IMG/VR virus record: IMGVR_UViG_3300030330_002882
Location: 1 to 49,932 of that record
Origin: a virus
Lineage: Duplodnaviria; Caudoviricetes
DNA length: 49,932 nt
Strand: one strand, 5' to 3'
Shown here: piece after piece, positions 16,813 through 23,658 of the stretch
How the letters are laid out: each line of letters begins with the position of its first letter
Position numbering within the stretch: position 1 is the stretch's first letter
Translations under genes and position numbers: made by a program
Notes under the pieces: model-generated
The model's input: only the letters and a program-made list of their open reading frames with translations
Database searches by the model: none
Told to the model about the DNA's origin: nothing

Positions 16813-17262
16813 ATGGAATGTGTTGATACATTTTTAGTTCATAGAAAAAAGTTTCAAGAGATATTGTATGAAGACCCGATGTACAAATATGTAATACATA
16901 CAGTATTGCAATGGCGATATCTCAAAGCAGCATGCGCCGGGTATTTGTTTAACGATAATAAGTACTTGCAGAATATATCCATTGAGCATTGGGATAAACT
17001 GGCTGACAAATGCTGGGGTAAGTATCCTTCCAGACATGGGCCCAACTCGCTTGCAGACAGGGTGCTCACACTTAAGGAGTGCGTGAGGCTGCGCTGTGAC
17101 ACTACGCTTGCCGAGGCATTAAAGGAGCGTGGCCTACTGTCCGAGGACAGCGAAGGCGATAACGGCGAAGGCTCAATGCTCGCCAGTGTAATGCTCGCCA
17201 GTGTGAGCTACGCTAAGCTCAGGCAGATAGCAGACACTTGCGGTATAGGTATACTCGAATGA
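16813..17262 (+). CDS. Hypothetical protein
   Basis: 149 aa, AGGA RBS; last plus-strand gene before the convergent terminator. Confidence 0.6.
   Translation: MECVDTFLVHRKKFQEILYEDPMYKYVIHTVLQWRYLKAACAGYLFNDNKYLQNISIEHWDKLADKCWGKYPSRHGPNSLADRVLTLKECVRLRCDTTLAEALKERGLLSEDSEGDNGEGSMLASVMLASVSYAKLRQIADTCGIGILE
17175..17204 (+). repeat. In-frame 15-bp tandem duplication
   Basis: AATGCTCGCCAGTGT x2 (MLASV MLASV). Confidence 0.9.
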
Positions 17263-17286
17263 TACATATACGCGAGTAAAGCAGAC

Positions 17287-17329
17287 AAAAGAAAAGCCCC
17301 ATGGGAGCAATCCCGTGGGGCTTTTTTTG
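17287..17329. terminator. Bidirectional intrinsic terminator
   Basis: AAAAGAAAAGCCCCATGGGA-GCAA-TCCCGTGGGGCTTTTTTT with GNRA loop, between convergent gene sets. Confidence 0.9.
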
Positions 17330-17350
17330 TATCAGTAATGTACTGTTTGT

Positions 17351-17521
17351 TTATCGTTCATTGTCGAACCCCATGACCGCACAATCTTCTTCAAATGCGT
17401 CGGGGTCTGTTTTGTACCGTTCAAGTGTTTGGCCTATAAAGTATTCCTGCAAGTCCGTGATACTCATAGAATCCCAGACTGCTTCGGCTAACTTCCATCG
17501 GTTGGCTTCATTGTTTTCCAT
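17351..17521 (-). CDS. Small acidic hypothetical protein (56 aa, below ORF-track cutoff)
   Basis: MENNEANRWKLAEAVWDSMSITDLQEYFIGQTLERYKTDPDAFEEDCAVMGFDNER; GGAGGTG RBS; TGATG coupling. Confidence 0.7.
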   Translation of the reverse strand: MENNEANRWKLAEAVWDSMSITDLQEYFIGQTLERYKTDPDAFEEDCAVMGFDNER

Positions 17522-17883
17522 CACTCACCTCCTACAGGGTTCATTGCCTCAGACAGTCGAGGTAATGCAAGCCGGGTTAGCTCAATGCTATCGAGAATCT
17601 TTGAGCGCCTATCCATTACATCCATTGCAATATCCCACGGGTTGTGTGGAACCCTTGCCGGGTCAATGTATGTTCCTCGGTTCATCGATTCTTCGGCATC
17701 GGTTATTGCTTGGTCCCACTGGTATGCTTTTATACCGGTTTCATCCTCATGCTTTTCGCATACATGTTTATGCAGCATAACGAATGCAGGTGCCGGTCTG
17801 CCTCCGTGTATGGTCCACTTGGGTATTACTACCTCGCAATATGGGCACTTCAATGCGGTAACTTTACTGAGCTTGCGTCCCAT
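17521..17883 (-). CDS. Hypothetical protein with C2H2-like zinc site
   Basis: CPYC...HVCEKH; ATG 17883 after GGAGG, coupled to the upstream stop. Confidence 0.6.
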   Translation of the reverse strand: MGRKLSKVTALKCPYCEVVIPKWTIHGGRPAPAFVMLHKHVCEKHEDETGIKAYQWDQAITDAEESMNRGTYIDPARVPHNPWDIAMDVMDRRSKILDSIELTRLALPRLSEAMNPVGGE

Positions 17884-18206
17884 TATATGCAATCCTCCAT
17901 TGAGTGAAACTCACTATTAATGATGCCGGTCATTACATACTCGCGGTCCTCAGCGGATACGCCTTGCATTGCACGTTGAGCCAACTCGCCTTGCATCCAT
18001 CGCCGAAGCATATCAACAGTCAGGTTAGGGATAAACCGTTCCCGCTCTATGTCTGTAAGCATTGAACGCCTACGAATAATGAGACCCCCTGCTGCAATAT
18101 CGGGCGACAGGTTATGGTCAGTTACGACAAGCTTGCTTATGCGCTCCTCTGCTTCCTCATCCGTGGCTGCATTAAGCGACTGGTTTAGTATTGATAGAAT
18201 ATCCAT
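17883..18206 (-). CDS. Phage hypothetical protein
   Basis: GGAGG RBS; RRSMLT...W.QGEL.Q.A...S..DREYVMTGI recalls a recurrent small phage family of unknown function. Confidence 0.65.
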   Translation of the reverse strand: MDILSILNQSLNAATDEEAEERISKLVVTDHNLSPDIAAGGLIIRRRSMLTDIERERFIPNLTVDMLRRWMQGELAQRAMQGVSAEDREYVMTGIINSEFHSMEDCI

Positions 18207-18294
18207 GTTGTTTTATCCTCCGCATAGCGGACTTGTTAAGTGCTTGATTGCACAGTGAGGCCACGGGTACATGCCCCGTGACCGTGCTTTGCAT

Positions 18295-18894
18295 TCATGC
18301 TACCGGCGAAGCCGGGCTGTCTTCTCTCATGCGCTTTGATGCATTCAACGCAGACACAATATGCTCGCTTATGTCAGGCAATATCGTAGCCTTTGTGCAT
18401 AATGGAACCTGATAAAAGTCGTATTTGTATGCACCATCAATGCACCTGTCTATTGCCCAAGTCGCTCGTGCAGTATCGTAGTCCACATGAGATGCAGCCC
18501 AAGACATATACCCAGACGAGTACTTTATATCCGTGGGTATAAACACAGCTATATTGAACCTGTCGTAATCAACTGATGAGCGTTCCGAGCCAACCGTAAT
18601 CATGAACGCAACGCAATACGTGTTGTCGTAGAGGTGCGTATATACGCTATGGCAACTCACCTTGTAGTTACCTTCGGTAAGGTTATCGACCACACTTCGA
18701 TAGGTCTCGTTGTCTATATTGTCAGCCTCTATTTCCCTCAATGACCTCTGGTCATTCGAGACCATAATCTCGTGAGCTATACCGCCAGCGTACTTGGATA
18801 CGTAGGCAGATATTGCACGGTCAAGGGTGCTATTGCACCCTGATATATGTCCCAGTTGAGAGCATTTGACGTATGGTAATAGTGTCATTTGCAT
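18295..18894 (-). CDS. Hypothetical protein
   Basis: 199 aa, AAGGAAGG RBS; no family recognised. Confidence 0.6.
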   Translation of the reverse strand: MQMTLLPYVKCSQLGHISGCNSTLDRAISAYVSKYAGGIAHEIMVSNDQRSLREIEADNIDNETYRSVVDNLTEGNYKVSCHSVYTHLYDNTYCVAFMITVGSERSSVDYDRFNIAVFIPTDIKYSSGYMSWAASHVDYDTARATWAIDRCIDGAYKYDFYQVPLCTKATILPDISEHIVSALNASKRMREDSPASPVA

Positions 18895-19049
18895 TGAGTG
18901 CCTTCCTTGGATTGCTTTGCAATCGCCTTGTCTGCAAGTTCTTGTGAATACCGAGCCATTTCCATGGCTTGTTCTTTGTTTATGAGTCCGAGCTTTGCCA
19001 TTGCAAATAGCGTCTGAAGGTGCATTGCATGTGCTTGTAATGGTGTCAT
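18885..19049 (-). CDS. Small helical hypothetical protein
   Basis: 54 aa from ATG 19049 after GAGGT (ORF-track start 19214 is too long). Confidence 0.6.
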   Translation of the reverse strand: MTPLQAHAMHLQTLFAMAKLGLINKEQAMEMARYSQELADKAIAKQSKEGTQCK

Positions 19050-19143
19050 TGTTACCTCAAGTCGAGTAGAATGGTCATTACCGCCATAAAAACTATGACG
19101 GTAATGAAGAACGCGTTTATAGCGAGTGCAATAAACTCCAGCA

Positions 19144-20040
19144 TTACGCTGTAACGGTGAAGGTATTGCTTTCAGCGTCGAAACCTGTAATCTCGACGTT
19201 AGCGACCGATGCAAGCAAGGCTTGCAATGCGGATGCAGGCACCTTGATGACCGTAGCCTTTGGCTCAGCCTTCGCTACAGGTGCAGGCTTTGCAATAGGT
19301 GCAGGCTTTGGAGCTTGCTTTGCAATGGTCACATGCTCAATCGGGTTATCGCTAAGCTTCGCTTTCTTGGGCGCTGCCTTAGCATCATGCCAAGCCTTCT
19401 GGATAGCATCCAGATTGTAGCCAAGCATAGTGGCACGGCCACGGAACTTGCCGAAGGCACCTCGGCCATAGTTAAGCTCCTCAGCCGTAGGCTGAAGGCT
19501 AAGCGACTGCCCTTGCAATGGCGAAGATACAGCACCCGGTCCCTTTGGGAGTGGGTCAACTGCCTTGGATACCGCCTTCGGCGATGGAAGCCCAAACATG
19601 GGCGCCTTTGGCTGTACTGGTGCAGGCTTTGCCTTGGGCTCAGGCTTCGCAAAGTGCAATCCATATGACCTCGTAGAGGTCTTGCCCTTGGTCAGCGTAG
19701 CTGGATCAGCATGATAGCCAGCTTCCTCAAGCACAGCTTCATTGTGTATCCCCACGCTTTGGCCCGGACCTTGCCGCCATCCAGCTTTACCGTAGGTACC
19801 CCAGAACAGTTGCTTTGGCTTCGCCAAGCCATTTGCATTGCAATGCTGGGCTACGTAGTCGGGTGACAGGAACAGCCGACCGGCACTAACTCCGGCAATA
19901 ACAATCTTATCTTCGATAAGTTTGTTTAGCTGTGCAATCATGGTCGCGATATTACCCACAAGGGTAATCAGTGGCCAGCCGGTCTTGACGCAGTGAATGG
20001 TTTTCGGGGTGAGCTTCGCTTCTTGTGTTTGTGTAGCCAC
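19144..20040 (-). CDS. First gene of early-type cluster; Pro/Ala/Lys-rich multi-segment protein
   Basis: GTG at 20040 after GGAGG; 298 aa; AKPAP-type linker repeats separate short folded segments. Confidence 0.7.
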   Translation of the reverse strand: MATQTQEAKLTPKTIHCVKTGWPLITLVGNIATMIAQLNKLIEDKIVIAGVSAGRLFLSPDYVAQHCNANGLAKPKQLFWGTYGKAGWRQGPGQSVGIHNEAVLEEAGYHADPATLTKGKTSTRSYGLHFAKPEPKAKPAPVQPKAPMFGLPSPKAVSKAVDPLPKGPGAVSSPLQGQSLSLQPTAEELNYGRGAFGKFRGRATMLGYNLDAIQKAWHDAKAAPKKAKLSDNPIEHVTIAKQAPKPAPIAKPAPVAKAEPKATVIKVPASALQALLASVANVEITGFDAESNTFTVTA

Positions 20041-20080
20041 TTGGGCCTCCAGTGTATGTCCGCTTTGGGACCGTTGTTGC

Positions 20081-20156
20081 GCCGACTCGGAAAATCCCGA
20101 CCGGCAGAGGCCATGTAACCCGATAGAGCCACAATCCGTCAAGAAAATATTTTTTG
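20081..20156 (-). promoter_or_regulatory. Candidate early promoter with 5' leader hairpin
   Basis: Minus strand AAAAAATATTTTC (UP-like), TTGACG at 20142-20137, imperfect -10 (GTTACAT), then hairpin GCCGGTCGG...CCGAGTCGGC. Confidence 0.45.
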
Positions 20157-20189
20157 CCCTTTAGGGCACGGTTTTGAAAAATCAAGCTC

Positions 20190-20790
20190 AGAGCCTCGCA
20201 TCATGCAGCCGAGCGTAGCCGTCATAGCGAGCATCATGTGGCCGTCATGCACGCAACAGCATCGATTTTGACAGAAGCAACTTAATCTACGATTAAAAGC
20301 CGATAGAGTGCTTTAGAATGCTTTCTGGAGTCTATCCCGAGGGATAGGGGGTGGAATGGGGTTAACGTCCATTCAGAGCGAAATAAGAGCTATTACTCGT
20401 AATAGAGCCATAATCTCTGCAATGGTAGCGGGAAGCAATCGTGTGCCATTGCAATACGCCTAAGTGCATTATGCGCGTGCTCGCGTGCAGGTGTGCGCGG
20501 ACATGTGCGCGTATATGCCCCCGGTGGGGCGCGTCCCCCCCCGCGCTATGCAATACTATATGAAATATATACCTCTCAAAAAATATCCCATTTCAGAACC
20601 TTTTTAAGCAGACCAATCTAATGCCAAACTTTTTATGTTGCCTGATTTAGATCCCCTTATTACCATAGGGGTGGTGGTCGGGCTCGGTACTCAGAGTAAC
20701 TAAGTATAGTACTTATGAGTACTCTCTACTTAGAGAAGAATAGATTAGTACTGTCTTTAGTAGTACCAAGTAATAGAGTACTAGGAGGAC
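20190..20790. other. Major non-coding region: candidate genome terminus/packaging site and origin
   Basis: No convincing ORF; short repeats and palindromes; alternating purine-pyrimidine tract; poly-C/G runs at ~20518-20546; GTAC-rich tract 20686-20785; lies between divergent transcription units. Confidence 0.5.
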
Positions 20791-20792
20791 AG

Positions 20793-21167
20793 ATGGAATA
20801 TGAAGAGGGCGCAAAAGAAGTATTGCGTTTGCTCAGTTTGTTTGAAGAGCGCTTTTGCAACGGGTGCAAGTTTTACTGCACAGCAGAAGTTGAGATCGAC
20901 GGGTTCTTTTTTAGGTGGAATCCTCGCTCAAGGCACATTGAGTATCGAGAAAGTTTTGATGAGCGCTGGGTACATGCTGGCCGGGTATTTTGTATGGAAG
21001 TACCTGCTGTACTCGTAAACAATATTAAGCTACTGTACGATGCATGTATTGAAGAGCAAAGTCGTGTTGCTAAACTTCTTAGTGAGGCTAGTGGCTCTGG
21101 TAATGATTTTGCTGATATGCTTTTATTAGAACTAAGCGGAGAGAATAAAAATGCCGGGAACTACTGA
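20793..21167 (+). CDS. Hypothetical protein
   Basis: 124 aa from ATG 20793 after AGGAGG. Confidence 0.7.
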   Translation: MEYEEGAKEVLRLLSLFEERFCNGCKFYCTAEVEIDGFFFRWNPRSRHIEYRESFDERWVHAGRVFCMEVPAVLVNNIKLLYDACIEEQSRVAKLLSEASGSGNDFADMLLLELSGENKNAGNY

Positions 21168-21357
21168 CGCTATCGCCATCACTACTGAAGATATGCAGTT
21201 TGATACAATGACACCTGCTCAAGCTTTTGAAATGGTTCAATCGGCAATGAAGAAAGGCCAAGAGGCTATGGATGCACTGTCGCCTAAGATTAAAAAACTA
21301 GCTAAGCAGCACGCAGAGAAAGAACTACCTGATGCAGATTTTTCTGCTTACGCATAA
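21151..21357 (+). CDS. Small helical protein (shares motif with 21367-21753)
   Basis: MTPAQAFEMVQSAMKKGQEAMDALSPKIKKLA; GGAG RBS. Confidence 0.65.
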   Translation: MPGTTDAIAITTEDMQFDTMTPAQAFEMVQSAMKKGQEAMDALSPKIKKLAKQHAEKELPDADFSAYA

Positions 21358-21366
21358 GGAAGCGCA

Positions 21367-21753
21367 ATGGACAAACCAAAAATGACACCAGAAGAAGCAT
21401 ACAAAAAACTTCAAGAGGCTTTGAAGAAGGGCCAAGCTGGCTTAGATGCCCTGCCTCCTGAAGTTAAAGAACTTGCTATGGGCCCTGCTGCTGAGTCTGT
21501 AAAGGATGTTGACAGTATGAAAGTGTTAGAAGACTTTCCAAAAGAGCTTAAGGCACTTGAAGCATTAGATAAACCACGACAAGTCATTCAGCCAGCGGCA
21601 ACTGAGGCAGTTCAGGCATTCGATAAGCCACGGCAAATGGGAGTTGACTTGCTTAAGTCTCTTCAAGACAGCATAAAGACAACCGATGCAAATGATCTTG
21701 AAAAGATGAAATCCATCGTTGAAGGAGAAATGCGATTACGATCAAAAATGTAG
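21367..21753 (+). CDS. Helical protein (shares motif with 21151-21357)
   Basis: MTPEEAYKKLQEALKKGQAGLDALPPEVKELA; internal EALDKPRQ/QAFDKPRQ repeat; AAGGA RBS. Confidence 0.65.
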   Translation: MDKPKMTPEEAYKKLQEALKKGQAGLDALPPEVKELAMGPAAESVKDVDSMKVLEDFPKELKALEALDKPRQVIQPAATEAVQAFDKPRQMGVDLLKSLQDSIKTTDANDLEKMKSIVEGEMRLRSKM

Positions 21754-21758
21754 AAAGC

Positions 21759-21842
21759 TTAGTAGCTTTTCTTCTTAGGTTTTAATCGCGCTTTGTCTGC
21801 AAGGCCCTTTGCCATCTTCTTTTTGTCTTTACTGTATTTCAT
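21759..21842 (-). CDS. 27-aa Lys-rich peptide
   Basis: MKYSKDKKKMAKGLADKARLKPKKKSY; ATGA overlap with upstream ORF; AAGGGTG RBS. Confidence 0.5.
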   Translation of the reverse strand: MKYSKDKKKMAKGLADKARLKPKKKSY

Positions 21843-22078
21843 GATGATTCACCCTTGAGTAATCCATGACGAGCAGATGCTTCGCCCTTAGCTAAACTCT
21901 TTCGTTTCTTTTTTGTGGCTGCTGCATACTTAGAGGGACTAACCGATGCGTGCATCTTGTCTGGTAAATATGGTTCTCCAGTAGCATCTTTACCTTGAGT
22001 GCTAGGCTTACCAGATCGAGTGCGGTAGTTTTTTTTGCCCCAGTTCACTAAGCTTTCTTGTGTTTTCTTGAGGTTCAT
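21839..22078 (-). CDS. Small basic protein resembling the C-terminal half of DUF5872
   Basis: QESLVNWGKKNYRTRSGKPS...TGEPYLP pattern; GGAGG RBS; ATGA overlap. Confidence 0.65.
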   Translation of the reverse strand: MNLKKTQESLVNWGKKNYRTRSGKPSTQGKDATGEPYLPDKMHASVSPSKYAAATKKKRKSLAKGEASARHGLLKGESS

Positions 22079-22248
22079 TTATATCCTCCACCCTTTGCTT
22101 TGTATTGCTTTGCAAGCATTTGAGCTTTGCGGGCTGACCACTTACCGGGCCTGCCACCTTTACCAGAAGCCTTGATTCTCTGAAATATACGTTTACGCAT
22201 ACCGGGCTTTGTATAGTTGCCTGCTTCGTTTACTCTACTTTTAGACAT
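22075..22248 (-). CDS. Small basic protein resembling the N-terminal half of DUF5872 (57 aa, below ORF-track cutoff)
   Basis: MSKSRVNEAGNYTKPGMRKRIFQRIKASGKGGRPGKWSARKAQMLAKQYKAKGGGYK. Confidence 0.8.
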   Translation of the reverse strand: MSKSRVNEAGNYTKPGMRKRIFQRIKASGKGGRPGKWSARKAQMLAKQYKAKGGGYK

Positions 22249-22559
22249 TACCATTTCACCTTGTTTGCCCAGTAAGCTGCGCTCATCAAGCCCTTAGAAA
22301 TGTTTTTGCGATGACGAGCCTTAAAAGATTTACGCTTCGCCTTCATTCTAGACGATTCACCAGACTTTGGTTTACCAGCAGTCTTTGCTCCCTGCTGACC
22401 AAAACGAATAGTTTTTAACTGACACCCTTTTTTAGCCACAACAATATGGCTCTTCTTAGGATGGTTTGGTGTTCGCTTGGGCTGATTTACGCCCTTTACG
22501 CCAGCAGACTTAACCCTTGACGCCACCTTCTTAGCAAAGTTTTTCCCACATTTAGACAT
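22248..22559 (-). CDS. Small basic protein, DUF5754-like
   Basis: KTIRFGQQG...RKSFKARH...SAAYWANKVKW motif. Confidence 0.7.
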   Translation of the reverse strand: MSKCGKNFAKKVASRVKSAGVKGVNQPKRTPNHPKKSHIVVAKKGCQLKTIRFGQQGAKTAGKPKSGESSRMKAKRKSFKARHRKNISKGLMSAAYWANKVKW

Positions 22560-22594
22560 ATTAACATTTAGTTACTTCGGAGCGTAAACGCTCC

Positions 22595-22933
22595 TCAGTA
22601 GTCCCTCTGGGCTGTGGGGTTAGGTGGCATAGTTAAAGAAGACCGTGCGGTTGCTTCTTTTTGAGCAGCCTTACCAGCGGCCCTATTCGCAAGCCCTGAC
22701 CCAACAGCACCAGCAGAACCAATAGCGGCAGCAAGCAGCGGGCTTGCCGCGCCTGCTGTAGCTGCTGTAGCTAATGCTGAAAGGCCAATGGCTACGCCAG
22801 TAAGAATATTCTTCTTGGTTTTTTGCTTTTTAGCAGACTTACTAGCCTTCGATATATCTGATCTAGGCTTTGAGTAGTCCATTCCGCTTGCGCGCATCCC
22901 AGTTCCACCGGGACCAAGAAGTTCTTGTGGCAT
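22595..22933 (-). CDS. Protein with basic patch and long Gly/Ala hydrophobic segment
   Basis: ILTGVAIGLSALATAATAGAASPLLAAAIGSAGAVGSGLA; TAATG coupling with upstream gene. Confidence 0.6.
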   Translation of the reverse strand: MPQELLGPGGTGMRASGMDYSKPRSDISKASKSAKKQKTKKNILTGVAIGLSALATAATAGAASPLLAAAIGSAGAVGSGLANRAAGKAAQKEATARSSLTMPPNPTAQRDY

Positions 22934-23265
22934 TAGATATCTCTCACAATGTATTCAACATTGCAGAAAGTATACTCTTTCCCATTACATTGAACCATAG
23001 CAAAACGACCAGACCCGCACTTAAATGCAATCTGCTGATAAGCTGCCTGATATTCGGTATAACTTTCATACGAAAGTTCGATTCGATCACTGGGTGTAAC
23101 AACAGTCATAGAATACGTTTTTACAATCGGAGCAGCAGCCTTTGGTGGGCGACCGGGACGACGTACAGGAGTATTAGAAGCGCCGATATCTTTTACGGGT
23201 TCATCTTTTACAACAACAGTCTTAGTCTTTGGTTTTTTAGCGGGTGCTTTTTTTGCAGGGGGCAT
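22933..23265 (-). CDS. Protein with Pro/Lys-rich N-terminus and AT-hook-like RRPGRPPK
   Basis: ATG 23265 after GAGGT; small folded C-terminal domain. Confidence 0.6.
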   Translation of the reverse strand: MPPAKKAPAKKPKTKTVVVKDEPVKDIGASNTPVRRPGRPPKAAAPIVKTYSMTVVTPSDRIELSYESYTEYQAAYQQIAFKCGSGRFAMVQCNGKEYTFCNVEYIVRDI

Positions 23266-23376
23266 GGGTACCTCGTTTGAGTTGAACAAATAAAAATATG
23301 TCTATTTGTTAAAATAGTTATATAGCCGGTAACACAGGGTTACAATCGCTAATAACTCATCGAAAGGATATCAAAC

Positions 23377-23658
23377 ATGTCAGATGATTCAAAGCCTGTA
23401 GCAGACCCACGATTTTCTCTTCAGTCATATCAAGGGATTATTCATGTTTGCGAAGATGTCCTTAAAAACTATCGAACAGGTCTTTTAGAAAAGAAAGACG
23501 TTGATGCCATCATGTCTATTGTAACAGTGTCCCGACAGACTCTTTCTGATAAAAGCCGATACTCGCAAAAGAAAAACCCAGCCACGCAACAAGCAGATGT
23601 ATCTGAAACGATTACGTCTAATGGTCCGTTTAATGTTTTTAGTGGTGGCATTAAATGA
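23377..23658 (+). CDS. Possible terminase small subunit
   Basis: 93-aa helical ORF overlapping the terL start (ATGA); assignment is positional only. Confidence 0.4.
   Translation: MSDDSKPVADPRFSLQSYQGIIHVCEDVLKNYRTGLLEKKDVDAIMSIVTVSRQTLSDKSRYSQKKNPATQQADVSETITSNGPFNVFSGGIK

Noticed and set aside
17301-19668. Plus-strand ORFs of 70-160 aa opposite the early cluster, and the many antisense ORFs in late genes (e.g. 15768-16286, 30337-30795, 49602-49925)
   Set aside because: They overlap well-supported genes on the other strand, lack RBSs and read as antisense shadows.
20362-20553. 63-aa His/Arg-rich minus-strand ORF
   Set aside because: By-product of the alternating purine-pyrimidine tract; no RBS; TTG start.
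20715-20792. ORF-track N-terminal extensions (also at 5868, 7550, 13776, 14008, 14736, 19214, 20142, 27373)
   Set aside because: They run through promoters, the tRNA, hairpins or neighbouring genes; downstream starts have clear RBSs or translational coupling.
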